This document shows positions 42,103-51,800 of a stretch of 64,000 nt of DNA, one piece after another (position 1 is the stretch's first letter; each line of letters opens with the position of its first letter). This DNA comes from Clostridia bacterium (GTDB lineage Bacteria > Bacillota > Clostridia > Oscillospirales > CAG-272), in NCBI GenBank assembly GCA_017504405.1, contig JAFVRG010000001.1, forward strand, positions 7,586 through 71,585, given 5' to 3'. Under the pieces are notes generated by a model that was not told the DNA's origin, did not search any database, and was given only the letters and a program-made list of their open reading frames with translations. A program made the position numbers and the translations under genes.

Positions 42103-43587
42103 ATGGCAGAAGAAAAGATAAATCAGCCCTCCGCTGGCAGTGAGCTTGCAATGCGCCGTGAGAAGCTTGCAAACCTTGTCGAGCAGGGGCGTGATCCGTT
42201 TGTTATCACAAAGTATGATATAACAGCCGATTCAAAGACTGTTAAGGATAATTTTGAACAGTACGAGGGCAAAACCGTAAGAATTGCGGGCCGTATGGTT
42301 GGCAAGCGTGTTATGGGTAAGGCATCGTTTATAGGAATTCTCGACAACACGGGAAAAATACAGTCCTATGTCCGCCGTGACGACGTCGGCGAGGAGGAAT
42401 ACGCAGGATTTAAGAAGTTTGACGTTGGCGACATTGTCGGCGTTGAGGGTACGGTTTTCAAGACGCAGACAGGAGAAATATCCGTCCACGCAACGGGCAT
42501 AACCCTGCTCGCAAAGTCCCTGCTCCCCCTGCCCGAGAAATTCCACGGCCTCACCAACACCGATTTGCGTTACAGACAGAGATACGTTGACCTCATAGTA
42601 AACCCCGAGGTTAAGGATACCTTTGTCAAGCGCTCAAAAATTCTTACTGAGATAAGAAATTATCTTGACAGCAAGGGCTTTTTGGAGGTAGATACCCCCA
42701 TTCTCGTTCCTATCGAAATAGGAGCGAGCGCAAGACCGTTCAAGACACATCACAACACCCTTGATATGGATATGTACCTGCGTATAGAAACCGAGCTGTA
42801 CTTAAAGCGCCTCATCGTCGGCGGTATGGACCGAGTTTACGAGGTAGGACGTATATTCAGAAACGAGGGTATGGATACAAAGCATAACCCCGAATTTACC
42901 ACCATCGAGCTTTATCAGGCATTTACCGATTATTACGGCATGATGGACCTCGTCGAGGAGCTTTACAAGCTGCTTGCAAAGAAGATTTGCGGCTCGCTCA
43001 AAATCACCTACCAGGGCAAGGAAATTAACCTCGGCAAATGGGAGAGGCTCACTATGGTTGAGGCAGTCAAGAAATATTCGGGCTGCGACTACAACGATTG
43101 GGCTACCGACGAGGATGCACGCAGATGCGCTAAGGAAAAGCACGTTGCTGTTCCCGCCGATGCGACAAAGGGCACGGTTTTAGCCGAATTTTTCGATGCC
43201 TTCGTTGAGGAAAATCTCATTCAGCCCACCTTTATATACGACTACCCTGTGGAAAACAGCCCTCTTGCAAAGCGCAAGCCTGAAAATCCCCTCTTCACCG
43301 AGAGATTTGAGTATTTCATAAATGCAACCGAGTTCGGAAACGCATTCAGCGAGCTCAATGACCCCATCGACCAAAGAGCGAGATTTGAAAACCAGGTGGC
43401 AAAGAAGAAGGCGGAGGACCCCGAGTGCAAGGCTGAGGTTGACTACGATTTCGTCAATGCGCTCGAATACGGTATGCCCCCTACGGGCGGCCTTGGCTTC
43501 GGAGTTGACAGACTCGTAATGCTTTTGACCGACAGCGCATCAATCCGTGACGTACTGCTCTTCCCCACTATGAAACCCGAAAACTGA
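42103..43587 (+). CDS. lysS: Lysine--tRNA ligase (class II)
   Basis: 494 aa with the blocks RYRQRYVDL, FRNEGMDTKHNPEFT and GGLGFGVDRLVMLLT. The greA-lysS linkage is typical. Confidence 0.95.
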   Translation: MAEEKINQPSAGSELAMRREKLANLVEQGRDPFVITKYDITADSKTVKDNFEQYEGKTVRIAGRMVGKRVMGKASFIGILDNTGKIQSYVRRDDVGEEEYAGFKKFDVGDIVGVEGTVFKTQTGEISVHATGITLLAKSLLPLPEKFHGLTNTDLRYRQRYVDLIVNPEVKDTFVKRSKILTEIRNYLDSKGFLEVDTPILVPIEIGASARPFKTHHNTLDMDMYLRIETELYLKRLIVGGMDRVYEVGRIFRNEGMDTKHNPEFTTIELYQAFTDYYGMMDLVEELYKLLAKKICGSLKITYQGKEINLGKWERLTMVEAVKKYSGCDYNDWATDEDARRCAKEKHVAVPADATKGTVLAEFFDAFVEENLIQPTFIYDYPVENSPLAKRKPENPLFTERFEYFINATEFGNAFSELNDPIDQRARFENQVAKKKAEDPECKAEVDYDFVNALEYGMPPTGGLGFGVDRLVMLLTDSASIRDVLLFPTMKPEN

Positions 43588-43646
43588 TTTTTGACATTGA
43601 AAGGAAGGCTTTATGCTTTCCTTTCTTGCTAATACAAAGGAGTAAT

Positions 43647-44366
43647 ATGGAAGATTACACACCGAAGGAGGAGGTAAAATATACCTTCCGCCAAAGGCTC
43701 GAAAACTTCTGGTATCACTATAAGTGGCACTCGATTGTTTCGCTTTTTCTCATAATTGCAATAACCGTATGCACCCTGCAAATGTGCTCAAAATCCGAGT
43801 ATGACGCATATATAATGTACGCAGGGCCGTACCCCGCAACGCAGAGTGAGGTGCGTGATATACAAACCTCTCTTGGGTCGGTATGCGACGACTATAACGA
43901 CGACGGCGAGAGCCTTGTCAGCATATCCAACCTGTTTATGATGACCAAGGAGCAGATTGACGAGCGCAACGCCATAGACGACGGCTATGAGGTAAACGAG
44001 AAGCTGATATCGGATAACACCAATATATTCAACCAGCAGATACAAATAGGGGAGTATGCGATTTTACTGCTCGACCCCGCTTGGGTGGAATTTCTTTACA
44101 GCGCAAACGAGGCTGACAATATACTTATGAGGGTAGAGGAATTTCTGCCCGAGGGCAAAGAGCTGTCGCTCTACGGCGAATACGGAGTATATCTCAGCTC
44201 CACAGGGCTCTACACCCTGCCGGGGCTCTGCAACCTGCCCGACAACACGGTGCTGTGTATGAGGAAAAACGGCTCCCTCGGCTCGATATTCAGAAAAAAC
44301 TCCACCGCCGAAAACCACGAAAACCACAAGGACCTTTTCAAAAAGCTCCTTGCCTATGGGGGCTAA
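43647..44366 (+). CDS. Single-pass membrane protein of unknown function
   Basis: ORF-track frame trimmed to the ATG at 43647 (AAAGGAG SD). One TM helix, WHSIVSLFLIIAITVCTLQMC. No recognisable motif. Confidence 0.5.
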   Translation: MEDYTPKEEVKYTFRQRLENFWYHYKWHSIVSLFLIIAITVCTLQMCSKSEYDAYIMYAGPYPATQSEVRDIQTSLGSVCDDYNDDGESLVSISNLFMMTKEQIDERNAIDDGYEVNEKLISDNTNIFNQQIQIGEYAILLLDPAWVEFLYSANEADNILMRVEEFLPEGKELSLYGEYGVYLSSTGLYTLPGLCNLPDNTVLCMRKNGSLGSIFRKNSTAENHENHKDLFKKLLAYGG

Positions 44367-44425
44367 TGGAAATTAGCCAAACTATATATTTGATTGCTTG
44401 TTATTTATTACATGGAAAACAGCAC

Positions 44426-44452
44426 AAAAGGGCAGAAAATTCTGCCCTTTTA
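44426..44452. terminator. Bidirectional terminator between convergent genes
   Basis: AAAA-gggcaga-aaat-tctgccc-TTT. Confidence 0.55.
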
Positions 44453-44492
44453 CTTTTTATGAAAGTTTTTGCCAAGCTTTTTTCAAAAAGCG
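44453..44492 (+). repeat. Intergenic repeat, copy 2
   Basis: ctttttatgaaagtttttgccaagcttttttcaaaaagcg. Confidence 0.7.
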
Positions 44493-44505
44493 ACTTGATT
44501 TTTGC

Positions 44506-46206
44506 TTATTTCTCAGTCCAGATTTTGCGCAAAGTGTGGGCGGACATTTTCGGGTCACGCTCACGGGTAAATACACCCTTGCGGTTGTAGAACACTCTCG
44601 AATAGTTCTGATTTGCCTTGAAATCCGCAAACGCCCAGACGTGCTCGCCTATCACGTACGGCTTTTGGCGCAAAACGTCTATTACAGAGGAGAGCAGCTC
44701 GCTCTGATATTCCTCGGAGAACATCTGCGCAGGCTCACAGTGGAGTCCCGCCATAGTATCTGCGCCAAATTCTGCGAGCAGATACGGCTTTTTGTACGTA
44801 TTATAAAACTCGTCCATATCCTCGGAGAGCCATTTGCAGCCCTCCTCGATTCTGCCGTATATAAAATACCAGGCAGGGTATCTCGTAACACTCATTACGT
44901 CAAAATATTTAACAGGGGAATTGTCCGCAAGGCTCTGATGCGCCACATAGGTTATCGGGCGTGTGGGGTCGGCATCTCTCGCCGTTTTTGCCATCGAGGC
45001 GAAAAACGCATCTCCCTTGCTCGCCTGTCCCGGCTCGTTTGCAAGGCTCCACATAACGATTGACGGGTGGTTTTTATCACGGCTTATCATTTCTTTTATA
45101 ACCGCATTAACACGCCCCTGATGCTCGTCGTTGTAAAACCTCGGATTCAGCCCGACAAGAGGTGCCTCGCCAATTATCATAACACCCTCTCGGTCTGCCA
45201 TATCGAGTATATTCTCATCATACGGATAGTGCGAGGTGCGGAAGGAGTTTGCTCCTATCCATTTAAGGAGCGAAAAGTCCTTTACCCACAGGGGGGCAGA
45301 AAATCCCTTGCCGAGCACGTGGAAATCCTCGTGCTTGCCAAAGCCCTTGAAATAAACGCTCTCGCCGTTGAGCAGGAACTTATCACCCTCAACCAAAACC
45401 TCACGTATACCGTAGCTCACCGTGTATTCGTCACAGGCACTGTCGGTTGCGAGCGACACCCTCAAATCATAGAGCTGACCGTCGCCGATTTTCCACAGTC
45501 TCGGGCTTTTTACGGTTATTTTTCCGCTCGCTCTGCTCTCGCCACCAAGGGACAGCTCGCATATCTCGCCATCACTCTCGACGGTTATTTTTCCGAAGGT
45601 CCTGTCCGACAGCTCAATATCAAAGGACACCTCGCCCGAAATTTTCGTCCTCACCGTCACGTCCTTTATATATACCGACGGGATTGCGCACAAAAATACA
45701 TCACGGTGTATTCCGCCAAACGGGAAAAAGTCGTAGGAGGTGGCGGGATATTGGTCGGAAAAGCCCATACGTCCGTCAGAATCGAGTAGCTTTGCAGGCG
45801 GGAGTGACCAGGGGTCGAGCGTGTTATCAGCACACACAACCAGCCTATGCTCATCTGCCGAAAGCTTGCTTATATCACATTCAAAGGGCAAAAATCCGCC
45901 CTCGTGATAGCCTACCCTTTCGCCGTCAACGAACACCGTCGCCTTGCCGCTCACAGAGCCGAAGCGCAAAAACACTTTCTTGCCCGAGAAGCTGTCGGGA
46001 ATGAAGAAGCTGCGCTGATACCAGCCCTTGCCGTGGAATTGCAGGTATTTGGTGTTCTGCTCATTCCAGCTGCCGGGCACACCCATCATATCGGGGGATA
46101 CCAAGCCGTTTGCAAAGCCCTTCTCGCCGCCGTCGTTATCGGCAACGAAATCCCAAACGCCCGAGAGGCAAATTCTATCTCTGTATTTATTTATTTTAGG
46201 AAACAT
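44506..46206 (-). CDS. Glycoside hydrolase family 2 enzyme, beta-glucuronidase-like
   Basis: 566 aa with the blocks IGANSFRTSHYPY and VMWSLANEP (acid/base Glu), colinear with E. coli UidA as I remember it. No signal peptide. Confidence 0.75.
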   Translation of the reverse strand: MFPKINKYRDRICLSGVWDFVADNDGGEKGFANGLVSPDMMGVPGSWNEQNTKYLQFHGKGWYQRSFFIPDSFSGKKVFLRFGSVSGKATVFVDGERVGYHEGGFLPFECDISKLSADEHRLVVCADNTLDPWSLPPAKLLDSDGRMGFSDQYPATSYDFFPFGGIHRDVFLCAIPSVYIKDVTVRTKISGEVSFDIELSDRTFGKITVESDGEICELSLGGESRASGKITVKSPRLWKIGDGQLYDLRVSLATDSACDEYTVSYGIREVLVEGDKFLLNGESVYFKGFGKHEDFHVLGKGFSAPLWVKDFSLLKWIGANSFRTSHYPYDENILDMADREGVMIIGEAPLVGLNPRFYNDEHQGRVNAVIKEMISRDKNHPSIVMWSLANEPGQASKGDAFFASMAKTARDADPTRPITYVAHQSLADNSPVKYFDVMSVTRYPAWYFIYGRIEEGCKWLSEDMDEFYNTYKKPYLLAEFGADTMAGLHCEPAQMFSEEYQSELLSSVIDVLRQKPYVIGEHVWAFADFKANQNYSRVFYNRKGVFTRERDPKMSAHTLRKIWTEK

Positions 46207-46215
46207 ATCAGCACC

Positions 46216-48138
46216 TCATTTTATAATTATTTCGGTTTTGCCGTTTGTTTTTGTATCAAAAAGGATAAAGCCTGTACGGTTTTTCGGTGTTACGTCGGTT
46301 GAATTTGCGCTGATTTTGCGCACCTCTTTTTCGGAATAGATGCACACCCTGCCGCCGTCGGCGAGCGTCACCCTTATTTCTGTGTCACCTCTCTCAACAG
46401 AGAGAATTGCCGCCGCTCCGTTGTATTTATCGGCAAGTCCGAATATAGCAAATCCGTCCTCTATCGGCATCAGTGTGTAAATCTCAGCGCCGTTTTTCTG
46501 AAGCTCGTCCTCAAAATCAGCGTTGAGCACAGCGCATTTTCCGCCAAAGGAGCGAAGAGCGTACCCGTCCCTTTTCTCTATTTTCACCGAAACAGATTTA
46601 TCGGTTTTCGGGTTAAACGCACCGACAACCTCGCCGTAGCGATTATTATTTTCAATGTAAAGAGGCTCGTTTGCGGTGTTGAAATCAACAAACATTGACC
46701 TCTCGCTTATCCGTCCGACGCCCTCACAGCGAAGATTGTGTCCGTCACTCGCCGTCAGCCTCTCGAATATTTGGAAATTATGCTCTGCCGTTTTATCCGA
46801 AACGTATATCGGGCCGCCGCTGATTGCACGTGCCTTTGCGTGAAATTCTGCGTACTCGTGAACGCTGTGGAACATATCCCAGTCGCATACTGTGAATCTT
46901 CCCATAAAGAACGAGTTTACCGCATTATAATATACGTGCCTGAAATGCGATTCGGGTATCAGTGGGAAGAAATCGTCCGAGGAGCGTGCAAGATTGCTCT
47001 TTGGAGAATTGAATACTATATCGTTTGTACAGGACATACAGTTGATAAGCTCGCCTGAAAAATTACCGTCAACCGAATTTTCAAGAGCGTGGCGCATTTT
47101 TGCGGTTATAGCGGCTCTTCCGCCGTTGCCTCTGCCGTGAGAGGCAATTATGCTCTGCACGTCCACCTTTACTCCGTCGACCCCCTGCGATTTGAGCGAT
47201 TTGTGATAGTCGTTATAGAATCCGCCGAAATCGTTGACAAGTCCGTATGCAAAGCACTCGGAGTGCGCACGCTGAGGATTTCCCCTAAACATTCCCTTAG
47301 CTACAACCGCCGCATCGAATTTCGGAGAATATTTTTCCATCTCCTCGGAAAAGGGGGACGCACCGCCCCAATATCCGCCGACGGCGTGCCATACGTAGAA
47401 AAGCTCGACGCCGTACTCATTTTTCATTTTCTCTACAAGGGGGGTGAGGCTTCCGCCGAACTTTTCATTCGGCGCAAAGGAGGAAAGCATATGATGCCCT
47501 CTGCCCGTTCCGTATTCGCAAACGCTCTGCCAGCCGTCGTCAAGCAGAATGAATTTCGGAATAAAGCCCGCATTTTTGAAAATTTCGAGCTCCCTTTCCA
47601 CGTCAGCCGCCGACACCCTCTCGTAAAATGCGTCCCACGTGCACCAGCCGAACAGATTAACAACGCTCGGCGTTTTTTTATCCCCTCTCAGCGAAATGCC
47701 GAGGTTTTCTTTTAGGCTCAAAGCCGCCCTGTCCATTAAATCGGAAAGGCTGTCACCCTCTATGATATAAGCCGCACGGAATTTTTCCCTCACAGCAGAT
47801 GCATCGCCACACTCGGAGGAAATGGCGAGATACCCCTCCTTCGTACCGAAAAAGGCTGTACGGTAGCCGTCTGCAACCAGTGGTATGGCGATAGCGTATC
47901 CGCCGCCCTTATATTTTACAGCCAGCCACTGCGTTTCATAGGGTATATTTGATACCGAATCAAAGGAATCGGTATGCGGAAAAAACGGGTCGTTAAGATA
48001 CGAGGCGCAAAAGCCCTCTGCGTTATCAAAGCGGCAAAAGTCCTCTTCAAAAATTTCAAGCCCTTCGCTATTGTCAGCTATGTAATACGCACCGCCGAAG
48101 CCATCTGCCTCTTTGGTTATTTTTTCACATATTTTCAT
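46216..48138 (-). CDS. GH36-clan raffinose-synthase / alkaline alpha-galactosidase-like protein
   Basis: ORF-track frame trimmed to the ATG at 48138 (GGGAG SD). The blocks FGWCTWDAFY, ILLDDGWQ, GVKVDVQ, CDWDMFHS and ARAISGGPIYVSD are hallmarks of the Raffinose_syn/Sip1 family. Confidence 0.75.
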   Translation of the reverse strand: MKICEKITKEADGFGGAYYIADNSEGLEIFEEDFCRFDNAEGFCASYLNDPFFPHTDSFDSVSNIPYETQWLAVKYKGGGYAIAIPLVADGYRTAFFGTKEGYLAISSECGDASAVREKFRAAYIIEGDSLSDLMDRAALSLKENLGISLRGDKKTPSVVNLFGWCTWDAFYERVSAADVERELEIFKNAGFIPKFILLDDGWQSVCEYGTGRGHHMLSSFAPNEKFGGSLTPLVEKMKNEYGVELFYVWHAVGGYWGGASPFSEEMEKYSPKFDAAVVAKGMFRGNPQRAHSECFAYGLVNDFGGFYNDYHKSLKSQGVDGVKVDVQSIIASHGRGNGGRAAITAKMRHALENSVDGNFSGELINCMSCTNDIVFNSPKSNLARSSDDFFPLIPESHFRHVYYNAVNSFFMGRFTVCDWDMFHSVHEYAEFHAKARAISGGPIYVSDKTAEHNFQIFERLTASDGHNLRCEGVGRISERSMFVDFNTANEPLYIENNNRYGEVVGAFNPKTDKSVSVKIEKRDGYALRSFGGKCAVLNADFEDELQKNGAEIYTLMPIEDGFAIFGLADKYNGAAAILSVERGDTEIRVTLADGGRVCIYSEKEVRKISANSTDVTPKNRTGFILFDTKTNGKTEIIIK

Positions 48139-48168
48139 ACCATTTCTCCCATTGCGTTCCTTAAAACA

Positions 48169-48197
48169 ATTATATCCAAAACGCACATATTTGTCAA
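48169..48197 (-). promoter_or_regulatory. Promoter of the GH36-GH2 operon
   Basis: Minus strand reads TTGACA (48197..48192), a 17-nt spacer and TATAAT (48174..48169). Confidence 0.55.
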
Positions 48198-48240
48198 TCT
48201 TTTGTGGCAAAAAACAGGGCGACAGCTCTCAATCTGCCTC

Positions 48241-48269
48241 TTGACTTTGCCCTGATTTTATGCTATACT
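48241..48269 (+). promoter_or_regulatory. Promoter of the orphan gene at 48303
   Basis: TTGACT (48241-48246), a 17-nt spacer and TATACT (48264-48269). Confidence 0.5.
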
Positions 48270-48302
48270 GAAACGCACAAAACAATATCGGGAGGACAAT
48301 CT

Positions 48303-48665
48303 ATGGAATACGTAATAATCAAGCTATATGTCAATCAACTTCAGGACGATTTTCACGATATTAATATTGATATAGCCAGCTCTACCGTAAAAAAATTAAA
48401 AAGATACGCTAAATCAAAAAACAGAAAGCTGTTTTTTGTGCCGATAGTGAACGACACAGTCTATGGTTTTCCCTGCGACTGCACTCCGTTTGCGGAAATA
48501 GAATATACAGGCAGTCTGAGTGAGGAAGAAAAGAAAACCTACGTTGAATATGCGAAAAGATTTTCTGCAAATACAGCGTTTGATAGCAAGTTCTTTAATC
48601 GGTTTGTCACTATTAGTATGATAAGATTCAAGAAAATTGAGGATGAAATATTCGAGATTTCCTAA
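48303..48665 (+). CDS. Hypothetical 120-aa protein, visibly AT-rich orphan
   Basis: ORF-track frame trimmed to the ATG at 48303 (GGGAGG SD). No recognisable motif. Confidence 0.5.
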   Translation: MEYVIIKLYVNQLQDDFHDINIDIASSTVKKLKRYAKSKNRKLFFVPIVNDTVYGFPCDCTPFAEIEYTGSLSEEEKKTYVEYAKRFSANTAFDSKFFNRFVTISMIRFKKIEDEIFEIS

Positions 48666-48674
48666 TCCTGTTCC

Positions 48675-48714
48675 CTTTTTATGAAAGTTTTTGCTAAGCT
48701 TTTTACAAAAAGCG
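48675..48714 (+). repeat. Intergenic repeat, copy 3
   Basis: ctttttatgaaagtttttgctaagctttttacaaaaagcg. Confidence 0.7.
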
Positions 48715-48743
48715 CTTATCTCTTCCTTTTTACTAACCAATAT

Positions 48744-48775
48744 AAAAAATGGCACTCCGAGGAGTGCCATTTTTA
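48744..48775. terminator. Bidirectional terminator (orphan gene / nifJ)
   Basis: AAAAAA-tggcactcc-ga-ggagtgcca-TTTTT. Confidence 0.6.
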
Positions 48776-48807
48776 TTTCGTTGTACTTCGCCCGTGAGGG
48801 CGAGCGA

Positions 48808-51800
48808 TTAGTCCTCTTTGTAGAGGTCTACGAACTTAAGAAGTCTTTCGTACTTAGCCTTAGCGTTAGCCTCTGCCTTAGCGAAGAGCTTCTCTGCTCT
48901 CTCAGGGAATGCCTGAGCAAGACGTGCATAACGAGCCTCGCTCTTGATGAATTCCTGGTAGTCAGCTACAGGCTCCTTGCTGTCAAGAGTGAAGGGATTC
49001 TTGCCCTCTGCCTTGAGTGCAGGATTGTATCTGAACATCTGCCAGTAGCCTGCGTCAACCGCACGCTTCATCTCTACCTGACAGTTAGCCATACCGCCCT
49101 TGATGCTGTGCATCTCACAGGGAGCGTAACCGATGATGAGCGAAGGACCCTTGTAAGCCTCTGCCTCCTTCATTGCCTTGAGCGTCTGGTTCATATCAGC
49201 GCCCATTGCAACCTGTGCAACGTAAACGTAGCCGTAGGACATAGCGATTTCTGCAAGGTTCTTCTTGCCGATAGCCTTACCTGCTGCTGCGAACTGAGCA
49301 ACCTGACCGATGTTGGAAGCCTTGGATGCCTGACCGCCCGTGTTGGAGTAAACCTCGGTATCGAATACGAAGATGTTAACGTCCTCGCCCGATGCGATTA
49401 CGTGGTCAAGACCGCCAAATCCGATATCGTATGCCCAACCGTCTCCACCGAAGAGCCATACGCTCTTCTTCGAGAGGTACTGCTTCTCAGCAAGTATCTT
49501 ATCCTTAAGCTCGCTCTTGCAATCGCAAGCCTCGAGCATTGCAACGAGTGCGTCGGTAGCGGCGTAGTTAGCCTCACCGTCGTCCTTGGTTGCGAGGTAG
49601 TTATCAATTATAGCCTTCTTATCAGCATCCTCAACGGTTGCAGCAAGCTCGGTTACGTAGCCGATGAGTCTCTCACGAATAGTCTTCTGACCTATCGCCA
49701 TACCGAGACCGTGCTCTGCGTTATCCTCGAACAAGCTGTTAGCCCAAGCAGGACCTCTGCCCGACTCACGGTTAACCGTGTAGGGGGTAGCAGGTGCGGA
49801 GCCGCCCCAGATAGAGGAGCATCCCGTTGCGTTGGAGATATACATTCTCTCACCGAAGAGCTGAGTTACAAGACGTGCGTAAGAGGTCTCAGCACATCCT
49901 GCGCAGGAGCCGGAGAACTCAAGGAGAGGCTGCTTGAACTGGCTGCCCTTAACGGTAGCGCTCACAAGCTCCTTCTTCTCGGATACGTTATCTACACAGT
50001 AGTCAAATACCTTCTGCTGTGCAATCTGGGTTTCCTGAGCAACCATTTCGATTGCCTTCTTGCCCGTGCCGTCCTTTGCGCCCTTAGCGTTTACAGGACA
50101 AGCCTTAACACAGAGGGTACAGCCCATACAGTCAAGCGGGCTGACTGCCATCGTGTACTTATAGCCCTCGCATCCCTTACCTATCATCTTAGGTGCGAAC
50201 TTGGTCTCAGCAGGAGCGTTCTTTGCCTCCTCCTCGTTCATAGCGAAGGGACGGATGGTAGCGTGAGGACAAACGTATGCACAGTTGTTACACTGAGCAC
50301 AGTTCTCTGCATACCAGGTAGGAACGGTAACTGCAACTCCGCGCTTCTCGTATGCGGAAGAGCCCTGAGGGAAGGTACCGTCAACGTACTTCTCGAATAC
50401 GGATACGGGGAGAGAATCACCCTGCATCTTTCCAACGGGAAGAACAATCTTGTTTACGAAATCAACGAGCTCGGGGCGGGAGCCGGTAGCCTCTGCCGCC
50501 TTTACGCTGTCGGTTGCGTTTGCCCAATCAGCAGGAACCTTAACCTCGTGGAGAGCGTCAACGCCTGCGTCAATTGCCTTGTAGTTAAGCTCAACTACGT
50601 CCATACCCTTCTTAAGGTAGGACTTCTTAGCCATGTACTTCATGTAGTCAACAGCCTCAGCAATAGGCATAATGTTAGCCAGAGCGAAGAATGCAGACTG
50701 AAGAATGGTGTTAGTACGCTTACCCATACCAATCTCGATAGCCTTGTCAATAGCGTTAACGGTGTAGAACTTAACGTTATTCTTAGCTATATACTGCTTG
50801 GTTTCTGCGGAAAGGTGCTTATCCAGCTCCTCGTCGCTCCACTGGCAGTTGAGAAGGAATGTACCGCCGGGCTTAACGTCATTTACAATCTTGTAGCCCT
50901 TGAGCATATAAGAGGGAGTATGACAAGCAACGAAGTCAGCCTTGTTAATATAATAGGTAGACTTGATAGGCTTATCACCGAAGCGCAGGTGGGAAATGGT
51001 TACGCCGCCCGTCTTCTTGGAGTCATACTGGAAGTATGCCTGAATGAACTTGTCGGTGTGGTCACCGATAATCTTTATAGAGTTCTTGTTTGCACCAACG
51101 GTACCGTCACCGCCAAGACCCCAGAACTTGCAGCTGATAGTGCCTGCGGGAGCTGTGTCGTGGAATACGGTTTCGTCAAGGGAGAGTCCCGTAACGTCGT
51201 CGTTGATACCAACGGTGAAGTTGGTCTTAGGCTCGTCGAGCTTGAGGTTGTCAAACATAGCGAAGATAGAGGAAGGAGTTACGTCCTTCGAGCCGAGACC
51301 GTAGCGTCCGCCGATAACCTTTGCGTTAACGCCTGTCTTAGCAAGAGCTGCAACTACGTCGAGGTAGAGAGGCTCGCCGATAGAGCCGGGCTCCTTCGTT
51401 CTGTCGATAGCAGCAATCTTCTTAACCGTTGCGGGAAGAGCCTCTGCGAGCTTCTCAGCAACGAAGGGTCTGTACAGACGGACCTTAACAAGTCCGACCT
51501 TCTCGCCCATAGCGGTGAGGTAATCTATAACCTCCTCTGCGGTATCGCAAACCGAGCCCATAGCGATAATTACACGCTCTGCATCGGGTGCGCCGTAGTA
51601 GTTAAAGAGCTTATAATCAGTACCGATTTTTGCGTTAACCTTGTCCATGTATTCCTCAACGATTGCGGGGAATTCATCATAGAACTTGTTGCACGCCTCT
51701 CTGTGCTGGAAGAAGATGTCGCCGTTCTCTGCCGAGCCGCGCATCTTGGGGAATTCGGGGTTGATTGATCTCTTACGGAATGCGTCAATTGCATCCATAT

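Noticed and set aside
44255-44590. Recurring peptide strings FMKVFAKLFSKS / KVFAKLFEGK / LLSFFQKAS in track ORFs (44255-44590, 32470-33036, 48691-, 54800-), which suggest a conserved small protein.
   Set aside because: They are translations of the interspersed intergenic DNA repeat in different frames and orientations. There is no consistent frame, start codon or SD.
48691-51768. A 1025-aa stop-free ORF on the plus strand, the second-longest ORF in that part of the window.
   Set aside because: It lies entirely antisense to nifJ/PFOR, whose product has unmistakable motifs. The plus-strand translation is low-complexity (Leu/Ser/Val/Cys-rich), has no SD and no recognisable domain. It is a shadow ORF arising from the codon bias of the real gene.
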